A DNA stretch of 64,000 nucleotides from a virus, in the IMG/VR virus record IMGVR_UViG_3300035670_011224, positions 88,430 through 152,429 of that record; one strand, 5' to 3'. A model generated the notes under the pieces. That model did no database searches. It saw only the letters and a program-made list of their open reading frames with translations, and was not told the DNA's origin. Shown in pieces: positions 10,085 to 19,857 of this stretch. Position numbers and translations under genes: made by a program. The number at the start of each line of letters is the position of its first letter. Position 1 is the first letter of the stretch.

Positions 10085-10760
10085 TATTTTTATTCCTTTT
10101 TAAGGATTTTATACTGTCTATTGTTGTATAAGGTTTATGACCCAAAATACCATCTGCAAAATTATATTGTACCGCTTCTGTTGCTGTTAATATCCAGTCA
10201 CATTGGTTTGCTAGTTGTGACTGAATATGTTTTTTTGCCATTAACTTTTTCCAATTTTTACTCTTTGCCATCTCACCTTGAATACACCGTTCAGTAAATA
10301 TATCTATCATCTTATCGCATTCTCGCTCGTTCCATTTTAGACTACTTGCTGCTGCTTTACTATGTTCGCTGTCAAGACTTATACTTCCATAATGAATCAT
10401 CATTGTAACATTAGGCATAAGTATTCTAACATTAGGAGCCTGTAATATAACACTACTAGCAGACTGTACTTTTCCATAAGCTAAAATAATAGTTTTAGAT
10501 TTACTATGCTTAATTGTATCATAAATACCTAAACAGTCTTCCCAGTCACCACCGGGCATATGCATATGAATAAGAATAGGTTCGTTAGATATAAGATTTA
10601 AGTATCTCATATTTTTTTCGAATACTACAGCGCCCCTATAATCAACTCCCGGTTCTTCGTCTCCTTCACTAATATAAGAATGTAAAAAAATTTCTCTATT
10701 TTTAGCATCTAGATTATATGCGTGTATTGATAGAAGATCAGAGTCGTTATTGATGGGCAT
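10059..10760 (-). CDS. clpP: ClpP-family serine protease
   Basis: REIFL, MPGG, GKVQSASS (Ser), MMIHY (His), DWILTATEAVQYNFADGI (Asp region). Confidence 0.85.
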   Translation of the reverse strand: MPINNDSDLLSIHAYNLDAKNREIFLHSYISEGDEEPGVDYRGAVVFEKNMRYLNLISNEPILIHMHMPGGDWEDCLGIYDTIKHSKSKTIILAYGKVQSASSVILQAPNVRILMPNVTMMIHYGSISLDSEHSKAAASSLKWNERECDKMIDIFTERCIQGEMAKSKNWKKLMAKKHIQSQLANQCDWILTATEAVQYNFADGILGHKPYTTIDSIKSLKRNKNNASRVLST

Positions 10761-11193
10761 TGGTCAATTCCTTATAAACATTTTTATTAATAGTCCTCAT
10801 AACCATAGAGTCTTCAAAAGCTTTGCCAACACTAATTCTAAATCTATATCTTGTATATATATCTAATGTTTCTACACCTTCGGTAATCTCGATGGTTTCG
10901 GCAACTCTTCTAGTTATATCGAAATTGGTGTGTCCCATCCAAAAATTAAAAATTTTACTGCTAGATGTATGATCATTAACTGGAATTATTCCCATGGGTG
11001 TTGTGATAACCTTGACTCCGTAACGAATTCTTTTATCTGCTAAAAATTCTTCGATTTTACTTTTATCTTGAGTATCATCTTCGGGGTCCTCATTCTCTTC
11101 TATTGTATAATTATCAAACTCTTCTTTGATTTCCTCATCTCTACCAAAAGGATCTACCCATTTTTGCCATACAATTATATTATCATTTTGCAT
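10747..11193 (-). CDS. Hypothetical phage protein
   Basis: 148 aa; AAGGA SD; stop overlaps the clpP start. Confidence 0.7.
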   Translation of the reverse strand: MQNDNIIVWQKWVDPFGRDEEIKEEFDNYTIEENEDPEDDTQDKSKIEEFLADKRIRYGVKVITTPMGIIPVNDHTSSSKIFNFWMGHTNFDITRRVAETIEITEGVETLDIYTRYRFRISVGKAFEDSMVMRTINKNVYKELTNAHQ

Positions 11194-11227
11194 AGTATGT
11201 TCCTTATTTGGTATATTAGCTCCATAC

Positions 11228-11237
11228 TAATACACCC
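11228..11237 (-). promoter_or_regulatory. GGTGTAW motif
   Basis: GGGTGTATTA about 37 nt upstream of ATG 11193. Confidence 0.55.
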
Positions 11238-11281
11238 TTTATAGTAGGCTGAAAAAATACAGAAAAAAGCCTATTTTCTTG

Positions 11282-11713
11282 TTAAATAGATTTAAAAACA
11301 GAGGATGGTTTAATTAAAGGACCATTATCTTTTTTAGATGATTTAAATTCTTCTTGCAGTAGATTATGAAAAAATAAAATATTGTCTAATAATAAGGTTT
11401 TTTTATCATTATTCATATTGATTTTCTTAAGATCCTTGATAACTCGTAATAATTCTTTTTTCATCAAACCATTATTGATCAGCACTATAAGATTTGCTGC
11501 GTTTTCGGCTAACTGGGAGATATCTTCTACTATATCGTCTTTTACTTCTTTAGTAACAAAGACTATATCAATATTATTTTCATTAGTTAGTTTAAAACTA
11601 ACTTCGCAAACATAAGACTCTGTTTCTGTAATATTTTTAATATCTTCTGGTCTTGGAATAATAATTTTATTTTTGTAGAATAGTTTCTTAAGTAAAGTAT
11701 ATAATAATTTCAT
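11282..11713 (-). CDS. Hypothetical protein
   Basis: 143 aa; TAATG coupling with the sigma gene. Confidence 0.65.
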   Translation of the reverse strand: MKLLYTLLKKLFYKNKIIIPRPEDIKNITETESYVCEVSFKLTNENNIDIVFVTKEVKDDIVEDISQLAENAANLIVLINNGLMKKELLRVIKDLKKINMNNDKKTLLLDNILFFHNLLQEEFKSSKKDNGPLIKPSSVFKSI

Positions 11714-12285
11714 TATGCTAATGCTCTTATTGATCCTATGGCTCTTTTAATACTTTGTCTTATTGCTTCTCTAGTTACTCCATAACACTTACCTATTTCT
11801 GCCAAGCTCATATTTTCGAAATAGTATTTGTATATTTGATCTTTTTGTTTATCACTTAGTATAGAAGAATTAAGAATAAAAGATATATCATTATGGGTGT
11901 TAGACTCTTGCTCATTCTCTATAATAATATCTAGTGGGTCTCTACTATTTTTATCGGAGATAGTAGAGTACATAGTGTTGCTATTATCGTCTAATACAAA
12001 ATCTAAACTGCTCAACTTTTTACTTTTGTATTGTTTGGTTACATATGTTTTAATCGCCCAAAGACCACACTGATTTCTGTAAGAGTACAAAGTTTTCTTT
12101 CCGTGACCGGAGCCTTCTCTATTTGGATCAAAATTTTTGTCAGCATTCATTAATGCCACAGCCACATCGCTTATAGCATCTTCATCGTTAAGCATATGCT
12201 TAACAATAAATTTTGGTGCAAACTTATTGATAATCTTTTTAGATAGCATTAAGTATGTAGATAGGCTCTCGTATTTTTTTTCCAT
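11713..12285 (-). CDS. Phage RNA polymerase sigma-70-like factor (regions 2 and 4)
   Basis: Region 2-like DAISDVAVALMNADKNFDPNR...LYSY; region 4 HTH LSDKQK...MSLAEIGKCYGVTREAIRQSIKRA. Confidence 0.85.
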   Translation of the reverse strand: MEKKYESLSTYLMLSKKIINKFAPKFIVKHMLNDEDAISDVAVALMNADKNFDPNREGSGHGKKTLYSYRNQCGLWAIKTYVTKQYKSKKLSSLDFVLDDNSNTMYSTISDKNSRDPLDIIIENEQESNTHNDISFILNSSILSDKQKDQIYKYYFENMSLAEIGKCYGVTREAIRQSIKRAIGSIRALA

Positions 12286-12325
12286 AATCTTTTTCCTTTA
12301 AAGTATTTTCGTCTTAAAAACTAAT

Positions 12326-12817
12326 TTATTTCTTTTTTGAGTCTTTGGTTAAATTTTTCCAAGCTTCTGGATCTGGTCTATCAGGGTCTCCTTTTTTAGC
12401 GGGCTTGTACTTTTTACCTTCTCTTTCTTTTTTCTTTCGTATATTTTCCCATAGACCAGGAAGATTCTTTGCCGCTTCGGCTCCTTCTGTATCGGTTTCT
12501 GTTTCTCCGAACATGAGAAAATTGTGTATCGTTAACATATAATCTTCTGTAACAGCAATTTTACCCTGTAGCCAGCTTTCTGTCAAGCCATCTTTTATGA
12601 TCCCGTTCTCAACAGCATCAACAATAACCTGTGCATGTTTTGCAATAGATTTGATCGAACCAAGGCTCATTTGATAAAAATCATACTTGTATTCCATAAG
12701 TTCCATTTCTGGACTTTCAACTTCCATTTCTTCAACTCTTGTAAAATCATTTTCTGCTTGAGTTTTATCTTTTAAATTTTGTTGAATTTGATTTAGAATA
12801 TCATGATGTCTATTCAT
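12326..12817 (-). CDS. Conserved phage protein (acidic core, basic GLWENIR tail), possibly head-internal
   Basis: SWLQGKI and PGLWENIRKKKER...KKGDPDRP modules resemble ones seen in large-phage proteins. Confidence 0.5.
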   Translation of the reverse strand: MNRHHDILNQIQQNLKDKTQAENDFTRVEEMEVESPEMELMEYKYDFYQMSLGSIKSIAKHAQVIVDAVENGIIKDGLTESWLQGKIAVTEDYMLTIHNFLMFGETETDTEGAEAAKNLPGLWENIRKKKEREGKKYKPAKKGDPDRPDPEAWKNLTKDSKKK

Positions 12818-13457
12818 TGAAAATTCCTTTTAGTTTATTGAATAAGATTGTTGAGAAGATTAATGATGCGTCACAGTCACTAGGATAGTGTACTCCTTGT
12901 AACATACGAGCTTGAGTTGTTTGACTAACAATATTATCTAATTTAGTTTGATCTATTTGATTATACTTATCTTTGAGAATCAAACTTACCAATTTACTAT
13001 ACACCGTATGTCCAGAAGGATAAGCTGCTGTATGATGTGTTTTGGTAACTATTACATCTATATTCAGATTAAAATAAGATGCTAATTGATTTGGTCGTGG
13101 TCTATTATAATAGCCTTTAGTGTTTTGTAAAATAGGTCTAATAATATGATAAAATTCTTCTATGTGTGTTTTGGGATACTCTACTCCATAACTCGAGCAT
13201 AATAATTCAAATGGAGTATCCAAATCTTGATCAATATTATATACTAACTCTATTTCTTTTGGTGTTCTATTTTTTGTAAGACTAGCTAGTAACTCAAGTT
13301 CTTTTAGTGTAACTTTACTAGTATTATTCGGAGGATTACTTAGTATTTGTTTCCAGTTTATATCTTTCACTATATCAGATACTGGTTGTTCTAGATATAC
13401 GGTATCATATCCTAAAGAATCTAATTTATCTTTATGAAGATAATAGAGAAGATTCAT
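12810..13457 (-). CDS. PAP2-superfamily phosphatase
   Basis: KGYYNRPRP, AYPSGHT and ARMLQGVHYPSD: the three PAP2 motifs. Confidence 0.9.
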   Translation of the reverse strand: MNLLYYLHKDKLDSLGYDTVYLEQPVSDIVKDINWKQILSNPPNNTSKVTLKELELLASLTKNRTPKEIELVYNIDQDLDTPFELLCSSYGVEYPKTHIEEFYHIIRPILQNTKGYYNRPRPNQLASYFNLNIDVIVTKTHHTAAYPSGHTVYSKLVSLILKDKYNQIDQTKLDNIVSQTTQARMLQGVHYPSDCDASLIFSTILFNKLKGIFNE

Positions 13458-13460
13458 GGG

Positions 13461-14123
13461 TCACCAAGCTTTGCATGACCAATATCTGGCTTTCCATTTT
13501 GGGCCAGGATTATCACAATTGTGTCTTGCTCTAAAGCTTTTTCGTCGTTCCGGAATATTTTTCTTAATTTTCATATTTGGATCACCAAAATTGACCTTCA
13601 CCACATTTCCTTTTTCGTTCTTAACATAAACGCTAAATTTTTTAGGACCATCGGATGTTCTAAACGGTTTATTAAGAGTAACTTTTCTACCTTGATATTC
13701 TGATCCTTTGCCGACATATACCAAAGGACGACCATTCTTTTTATAAGTATTCATTCTATCGAAGTAGAATATTTCGTTAGTAGTTGGATCTGTATATTTA
13801 TACTTAGCTAGTGCGGATAGATCAAACTCTTCTGTTGTTTCTCCAAAATCAACATAATCTTCATTTGAAGGTATAAATAAATTAGATATTGTTAGTTCTT
13901 CTTCGTCTTCGTCATCGTCTTCCTCATACTCTTCATCTTCGCACTCTGATGAGTATTGAAGATATGCGCAAGTTTGCTGTAGCAGAAATCCTTTTGTTTG
14001 TCCAATACATATGGCATATCTTTGAGAAGAATTTTCATAATCCTTAACCATAGTATCATTGCCCATACATCTTGATAAAAAGTCTTTTTTGGATTCGTCT
14101 TTATTTGGTTTTGGTATAGGCAT
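13461..14123 (-). CDS. Conserved viral protein with basic C-terminal RRKSFRARHNC...ARYWSC domain (DUF5754/DUF6321-like)
   Basis: KVNFGDPNM...RRKSFRARHNC...KARYWSCKAW; N-terminal MPIPKP...FLSRCM...QRYAIC module; AGGAGA SD. Confidence 0.6.
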   Translation of the reverse strand: MPIPKPNKDESKKDFLSRCMGNDTMVKDYENSSQRYAICIGQTKGFLLQQTCAYLQYSSECEDEEYEEDDDEDEEELTISNLFIPSNEDYVDFGETTEEFDLSALAKYKYTDPTTNEIFYFDRMNTYKKNGRPLVYVGKGSEYQGRKVTLNKPFRTSDGPKKFSVYVKNEKGNVVKVNFGDPNMKIKKNIPERRKSFRARHNCDNPGPKWKARYWSCKAW

Positions 14124-14133
14124 ATATTATCTC

Positions 14134-15201
14134 CTATGTATTTATACACCCAAAAAGAGTTTTTGCAGAATTTAACCAACTAAATTTTTTAGCTGTTTCT
14201 ACACCATTAATATTAGTAACAATTTTATTGTTATATACATATCTCATATAATCAATTATTTCGTCTTTTTGTTTATTATCAATCTTTGCCCAATTACCTT
14301 GTCCTACAAACGCTTTGCCATCGTAAGCTTTTTCTGTTTCGTTTATATTTACAAGATAAGAGTTGTCTTCGTTACAAAACTCTGTATGAGCAGAATACTT
14401 TGTTGCTATTACTGGTTTATTCATACTCATCATTTCTAGTAGTTCTAAATTCCATCCCTCCGCTCTAGAAGGAAATAAGCCACAATCGGCATAATTAATA
14501 ACTTCGGCTATTTCTGTATGAAATTTTGTTCCATTTAGTAGCTTTACTCTTTTATCGCTAGAATACATATTTTTCCATTGTTGTAATTCTTGTTCTGATG
14601 AATAGTTATTAGTATTTTCTGATGCTAATAAACAAAGTTCAACATCTGTTTCGTCAGGAAAAGCTTTCTGAAATAATTCTAATAATATATCGTGTCCTTT
14701 TCTAATTTCCCATTTACCTATATTCATAAAAGTATATTTTTGTTTATTTGGTTTTGTATACTTTGTATCATCAAATATGTTTCTATCAACACCCAATGGT
14801 ACCACTTTAATAGGCGTATCAATACCATTTTTTTGTATAATATCCTTAGCCCAATTGCACGTTACCAATATTGTATCCGGTACTTTTAGGTGAGACAGCT
14901 CCAAACTATTAAAGGTGTCTAATTCAAAAAAAGATAGGGCATAGTAATGTCCTTTGCCAGTATGGTTGGCTAAATCGAATTGGTGCCAAATTTTTATAAA
15001 CGGAGCAAACGGATCAAAATTTGTATGACTATTCCTGTATAATTTTACTATCAGTTCATGATCATTTTTATCGTCTGCGCTTGGTTGTCCTATTGGAAAA
15101 TAGGATATATTTTCATTGATAGAATATAAATTCTTAAGAATATTCCATGAAGCTATACCATATCCAGTAGAATTTATAGCACAAGAAAAGTTTATGTTCA
15201 T
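14134..15201 (-). CDS. GT4 (GT-B) glycosyltransferase
   Basis: VVPLGVD, IGKWEIRKG, PSRAEGWNLELLEMM (EX7E). Confidence 0.9.
   Translation of the reverse strand: MNINFSCAINSTGYGIASWNILKNLYSINENISYFPIGQPSADDKNDHELIVKLYRNSHTNFDPFAPFIKIWHQFDLANHTGKGHYYALSFFELDTFNSLELSHLKVPDTILVTCNWAKDIIQKNGIDTPIKVVPLGVDRNIFDDTKYTKPNKQKYTFMNIGKWEIRKGHDILLELFQKAFPDETDVELCLLASENTNNYSSEQELQQWKNMYSSDKRVKLLNGTKFHTEIAEVINYADCGLFPSRAEGWNLELLEMMSMNKPVIATKYSAHTEFCNEDNSYLVNINETEKAYDGKAFVGQGNWAKIDNKQKDEIIDYMRYVYNNKIVTNINGVETAKKFSWLNSAKTLFGCINT
14141..14151 (-). promoter_or_regulatory. GGTGTAW motif
   Basis: GGGTGTATAAA 21 nt upstream of ATG 14123, embedded in the end of the GT4 gene. Confidence 0.5.
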
Positions 15202-16313
15202 TTACGATTTATCCTTACAAATTTAGCGCATTTATTAAAATCTTTTAGATATTTAGCTCCAATATATGTTCCACAACTTCTCAAACCACCAAGTATTTCT
15301 TGCACAATATCTTCGACTGGTCCTTTATACGGAACTTTTTCTACTTTTCCTTCACTCGCTCTGTATGTTTTTTTTCCCTCTCCGTGTTTTTGTTGAGCAT
15401 AATGACTACTCATTCCATAAAACTTTAAAGATTTTTTTCTTTTTTCTGGTGGATCATAACCAGGATCATTTGGTTGCCACCATTCGTCAACTACTTCTCT
15501 GTCGTTATTTACTATTGCGCATCTGTATTCGTACTCCCATTCTCCTTCACAAGGATCTGTTCCAGAAAATAATGTTCCTAGCATTAGAAAATCAGCACCT
15601 CCACAAATGGCTTTGCATACATCTCCGCTGGTTCTACAACCGCCGTCGCTCATGATTAAACCTAGCCTACCGGTCTCTGTTTTAAGTCCATGTGCAGCAT
15701 GACCACATTCATTAACACAGCTGAATGTGCCGTAGCCAACGCCAGTAACCATTCTGGTTTGACAAAACTGGCCGGGACCGATCTGTATTTTACAAATATC
15801 TACTCCGCCATGAATAATTAGTTCTTCACAAATTTCTGGAGTTGTTACATTGCCAGCACAAATAATACTATCATTAAAAGTATTTCTGACATCTTTGCAA
15901 AATTTAACAAAACTTTCCATATATCCATTAGGTACATCGATTACTATGTTTGGATTTTTTCCTAGTTTTTCTGATACAATTTTTAATTTTTCTATATCAT
16001 CATAGGATTTTCCTATACTAATCCAAGCATAGTCTACCCCAGCCTCATTAACAATATTAACTAGCTCGTTAGCATCATAATATTTATGTAAGGCTGTGAT
16101 CATTTTGAATTTTGATAATCTTAAAGCCATATCTTTGGTGGTAAGAGGAACCATATTGGAGCATACTATGGGGATACCTGTCCATATTCTTGGACTGTGA
16201 TAAAATTTAAAATTCCTTTCAAGCACAACTTCTTTTCTACTCTCAAGTGTTGTTCGTTGTGGCACAATAAGAACATCATCAAAATCTAACTTAATATCTT
16301 GACTAATTAGCAT
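15198..16313 (-). CDS. guaC: GMP reductase
   Basis: KLDFDDVLIVP, IDVPNGY, AGNVTT, IGPGQFCQTR (catalytic Cys), SDGGC, FYGMSS, YRASEGK, GGLRSCGTYIGA. Confidence 0.92.
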   Translation of the reverse strand: MLISQDIKLDFDDVLIVPQRTTLESRKEVVLERNFKFYHSPRIWTGIPIVCSNMVPLTTKDMALRLSKFKMITALHKYYDANELVNIVNEAGVDYAWISIGKSYDDIEKLKIVSEKLGKNPNIVIDVPNGYMESFVKFCKDVRNTFNDSIICAGNVTTPEICEELIIHGGVDICKIQIGPGQFCQTRMVTGVGYGTFSCVNECGHAAHGLKTETGRLGLIMSDGGCRTSGDVCKAICGGADFLMLGTLFSGTDPCEGEWEYEYRCAIVNNDREVVDEWWQPNDPGYDPPEKRKKSLKFYGMSSHYAQQKHGEGKKTYRASEGKVEKVPYKGPVEDIVQEILGGLRSCGTYIGAKYLKDFNKCAKFVRINRK

Positions 16314-16518
16314 CTTTTATATACTCCATGAAATCACTAATATCGTAACAAAACCATTCTTTAAAAGAATCAAAGCCTTTTTCTGTTACACAAATTTTTG
16401 AACCAACTAATAAGCCTCTGTGTTTGTAATATTTTAATGTCGCAACTATCGCGTCTTTGTAGTTATCTCTATCTATAATATATCTAATATGACCAGATTT
16501 AATATAGTATTTAGGCAT
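16303..16518 (-). CDS. Hypothetical protein
   Basis: Start more likely ATG 16518 (MPKYYIKSG), overlapping the upstream stop. Confidence 0.6.
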   Translation of the reverse strand: MPKYYIKSGHIRYIIDRDNYKDAIVATLKYYKHRGLLVGSKICVTEKGFDSFKEWFCYDISDFMEYIKDAN

Positions 16519-17044
16519 TATTAAAAAATTGCCATCTATTATGAGTTTGTATTTTTTCTGAAGAGTCAATATGATTCAAGTAATTTTTAACTTCGTCCCA
16601 TGAAGATAATATCATCTCGTGTGGTATCGTTCCAAACAACCAATCTGGAGCATTGTTTTTTCCTTGTTCCATATGAATAATTACAGGTTTTTTACTTCTA
16701 TTAGCTAAAAAAATCTCCTCATAAGTACCACAAGGATGCACATCTATATCAAGATTAACTATTAAAAAATCACTAATATCAACAAGTCTTAAGTCAACGC
16801 AACGAATATTTTTCATTATTTTTTTAAGCTCATCATACTTTTCTTGTTGTTTTAATTTTGTTTTGTATGCATGAACAGTGTGATCTTCGTTACCATCTAA
16901 ACATGGTTTCTTTATTGGATTAAATACCGTAATGCCTAGATTCATAAGAAAAGGAGTTATATTGTCTCTCCATGTTGAGCCCCTATCTGGTACTCGATCC
17001 ATAGCCCCTGCTAGATATACTCTCTGATTATATAGTCTATTCAT
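16511..17044 (-). CDS. Nucleoside 2-deoxyribosyltransferase-like protein
   Basis: VYLAG, VFNP, DLRLVDISDFLIV, GTYEE (catalytic Glu), KPVII. Confidence 0.8.
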   Translation of the reverse strand: MNRLYNQRVYLAGAMDRVPDRGSTWRDNITPFLMNLGITVFNPIKKPCLDGNEDHTVHAYKTKLKQQEKYDELKKIMKNIRCVDLRLVDISDFLIVNLDIDVHPCGTYEEIFLANRSKKPVIIHMEQGKNNAPDWLFGTIPHEMILSSWDEVKNYLNHIDSSEKIQTHNRWQFFNNA

Positions 17045-17045
17045 T

Positions 17046-17192
17046 TTAGTCTATAAATAAATAAGTAAAAATATTCTTTGATGGTTTTACTCCAAGGCTT
17101 GGATTTCTTTTGACCTGTTGCATATCGTTTAGTCCTTGGAATATACCACAAATTCCAGATATAATTATTCCAACTAATATAATATAATTCAT
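17046..17192 (-). CDS. Small membrane protein (48 aa)
   Basis: Hand-translated MNYIILVGIIISGICGIFQGLNDMQQVKRNPSLGVKPSKNIFTYLFID; fills the gap, with ATGA coupling. Confidence 0.6.
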   Translation of the reverse strand: MNYIILVGIIISGICGIFQGLNDMQQVKRNPSLGVKPSKNIFTYLFID

Positions 17193-17953
17193 AATATTTT
17201 TCCTAAATATCCAAAATATTGACTTCTCATAGAGTTTACTTCACCAACCATCTCTTTTAATGTTTCCGGATTAGTTGAGCGACCAGTTGGATTTTCATAG
17301 TATAGACCAACCGGATGGTTGACCATCTTTATTGTAGCACCGCCAACGGCACAACGCAACCAAAAATCTCCGTCCGCTGCTGTTTTGTAGTTTTCATCAA
17401 AGTATCCAAATCTATCGTGAAGACTTTTTTTCCATAACGGCATACAATGAGGACTATTATTTCTTAAAAGATTCTCGAAACTATGTGGAAGATAAGGATA
17501 AATTTGAGTATAATTATTATCTATGTATTTTTCATTAGCTTTGTGGGAAACGTATGTAAATCCATATATTAAATCTAGTTCTGGATCTTTGTCGAATTGA
17601 TACAATAAGATCTCCAGTCCTTCTTTATTTTTACGATCATCAATGTTCCAGTTGCCAATAATAGGCGACGAACATTTTTTTATCGCTATATTCCAACCAG
17701 CGTATAGTCCAGGATCATTGTTTAATTTAAAATATTTAATATTAGAATATTCTTGTATTAATGGTAATATATATTGTTCTTCATTTTCTGGAGAGTTACA
17801 ATTTAAAAAAATAAATTCTATATTTTTAAACACCGTTTGTTCTATCAGATTATCTAAATAAGATTCTATAAATTTTTCTCCGCGATAGAAAGAGCAAAAT
17901 AGAGAACAATAATAGTTATATATTTTTTTTTGAGTTATAAAACCATTTTTCAT
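17189..17953 (-). CDS. GT2 (GT-A) glycosyltransferase
   Basis: GLYAGWNIAI, NIDD, GYFDENYKTAADGDFWLR. Confidence 0.9.
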   Translation of the reverse strand: MKNGFITQKKIYNYYCSLFCSFYRGEKFIESYLDNLIEQTVFKNIEFIFLNCNSPENEEQYILPLIQEYSNIKYFKLNNDPGLYAGWNIAIKKCSSPIIGNWNIDDRKNKEGLEILLYQFDKDPELDLIYGFTYVSHKANEKYIDNNYTQIYPYLPHSFENLLRNNSPHCMPLWKKSLHDRFGYFDENYKTAADGDFWLRCAVGGATIKMVNHPVGLYYENPTGRSTNPETLKEMVGEVNSMRSQYFGYLGKIL

Positions 17954-18105
17954 ATTAGATATATTTCATTTTCAAAATTAGTAATAAATAAAAAATCACC
18001 ATTGTACCCAGCATTATAAAGACTTGATATGCATAATTTAGCCAATTTGATATAGTTGATATTATTATTTAAAGTAAAATATATTAAATGTTTATTTATG
18101 TTCAT
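17950..18105 (-). pseudogene. 51-codon remnant resembling the N-terminus of a GT-A (GT8-like) glycosyltransferase
   Basis: MNINKHLIYFTLNNNINYIKLAKLCISSLYNAGYNGDFLFITNFENEIYLI*; stops before any DxD motif; overlaps both neighbours. Confidence 0.45.
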
Positions 18106-18715
18106 AATTTTTATTTTCAGCTATAATAAAACCATTTCTATCATCAGAATCTATAAGTATGTTATAATTATTTATGTTATGTAGTATTTCTTCTCTAATT
18201 AGTTGACATTTATTAGTTTTTGTATCATCCAATGCTACTATATGTATCCTATTTTTTAATAGAATCCATTCAGGATATGTAGAATATTCTCCCCCATCAA
18301 ATAAGCAAAAATCTATATTAGTAGGTAATATACTAACTACATTAGTATTGTTGTTTATATCATTTAAATCAGATATGAGCCATGATTTATTTGATAATAT
18401 TTGTTTTTGATTAATATATTCAAAAATATCTTTGGCTTCTATAATTCTACCATGAATTAAATTTACATAAGTTAAGTATTCATTTAGATTGTGCTTGGCT
18501 TCTGTATAAAACTTTAGATTGGATTCTAAGCTAAGAAAATTACAATTTAAATTATTATATATAATAGCATCTATAATACATTTAGTTGAACCAAGACCTC
18601 TCCATGTTCCTATTTCTAGAATATTTTTGGGTTTATATTTAGATATAACTAAATGAATATTGTTACAAAAATTTGTATTAGGTAATATTTGTCCATTAAT
18701 TTGATTTGGTATCAT
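18092..18715 (-). CDS. Class I SAM-dependent methyltransferase (Methyltransf_24-like)
   Basis: ILEIGTWRGLGST, SLES, DFCLFDGG, ALDD. Confidence 0.8.
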   Translation of the reverse strand: MIPNQINGQILPNTNFCNNIHLVISKYKPKNILEIGTWRGLGSTKCIIDAIIYNNLNCNFLSLESNLKFYTEAKHNLNEYLTYVNLIHGRIIEAKDIFEYINQKQILSNKSWLISDLNDINNNTNVVSILPTNIDFCLFDGGEYSTYPEWILLKNRIHIVALDDTKTNKCQLIREEILHNINNYNILIDSDDRNGFIIAENKNYEHK

Positions 18716-19508
18716 ATAGAATTTTTTCTTTCCAGTAAAAAGAATTTAAGATTTCTAAATTATATTGTCTATTAATAATATTATCGTATTTATTTTTAAT
18801 TAGATCATAATTTAATAAATTTTCTATGTTATCTAGTATAATAATTGGCAATTCTTTATATAGTTTATATATTTTATAATCTCCAGTTTTTATAGTTACT
18901 GGTATTTTATGACTATATAACACCTCCCATAATCTGTGGGTATCAATCCCATTACCAGCTGGACAAAGAACCATTTTATGGTCTTGTATTTTTTGAAACA
19001 TATCATATAGACTCAATGTTGGATTATCCAATGTAATATATTTCGATTGTTTGGCCATATCGTATATTTTTTGTCTGTATGCCGGATTTGTTGTAATATT
19101 AAAATTACAATATAAGAATTGAGTTGGTATATAGTCTTTGTCTAGATTTTGTAGTATAGATTCTTTTAGACTAGCCCTATCTGGATATCCTATTCCATGA
19201 CCATCTCTTGTTGAAAAATATTGATTTTCTAACCCAAGAGGAATGGGCTCTACCATATTGCTATGGGTAAGAGCATTAACAGCATACCATTTTTTAATAT
19301 TTTTTGGAGCTAAAGATACTATTTGGTCCGTTATGGGATAATCAGAGTTACCTGTGATCAAAACAACTTCGTTATCTAACTTAGTAATAGTTTCAAAATC
19401 TTGTAAAAGATAATCTGTTTTACAAAAAAATACAGTTTTTCCATCATGTAAACTGGAAAGTTTATTATGTTCTAAAAAATCAGTATGGTTCATAAGATTT
19501 TTCTTCAA
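18696..19508 (-). CDS. Exostosin/GT47-like glycosyltransferase
   Basis: MVLCPAGNGIDTHRLWEVLY..IPV. Confidence 0.75.
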   Translation of the reverse strand: MKKNLMNHTDFLEHNKLSSLHDGKTVFFCKTDYLLQDFETITKLDNEVVLITGNSDYPITDQIVSLAPKNIKKWYAVNALTHSNMVEPIPLGLENQYFSTRDGHGIGYPDRASLKESILQNLDKDYIPTQFLYCNFNITTNPAYRQKIYDMAKQSKYITLDNPTLSLYDMFQKIQDHKMVLCPAGNGIDTHRLWEVLYSHKIPVTIKTGDYKIYKLYKELPIIILDNIENLLNYDLIKNKYDNIINRQYNLEILNSFYWKEKILYDTKSN

Positions 19509-19857
19509 TAAAACTAGATTCGCTCAGAATATTAATATCTTTTTTTATAGCAGCTCTTTTATCGTTTGTTATATAAACAGACCTAGCCAACTCTATAAAT
19601 TCTTTATCAAATATTTTTTGTTTTTCTTTTAGTCTTATATGATCTTCAATATTCCATAGTTCTTTATTTATAGTTTTTAAAGTGAAATAAAGCTGTTTAA
19701 TTTGAATATTATCTAATAGATGTAAGCATTGTTGTTTTATGTATTCTAGTTCTTTAGTAATATTAGATAATTTATCTGTTTCTTTAATGCAGTCGCTCTT
19801 GATCTCTAGTATTGTTAATTTATCTAAAATTTCGCCATTTGATATTTGTATATTCAT
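19480..19857 (-). CDS. DUF6165 family protein
   Basis: ISNGEILDKLTILEIK, LWNIEDHIR, FIELARSVYITNDKRAAIK, EEKSY; start likely ATG 19857 (ATGA overlap). Confidence 0.8.
   Translation of the reverse strand: MNIQISNGEILDKLTILEIKSDCIKETDKLSNITKELEYIKQQCLHLLDNIQIKQLYFTLKTINKELWNIEDHIRLKEKQKIFDKEFIELARSVYITNDKRAAIKKDINILSESSFIEEKSYEPY

Noticed and set aside
11246-11272. AGGCT...AGCCT inverted repeat as a terminator
   Set aside because: The stem is too short and the loop too long to support a call.
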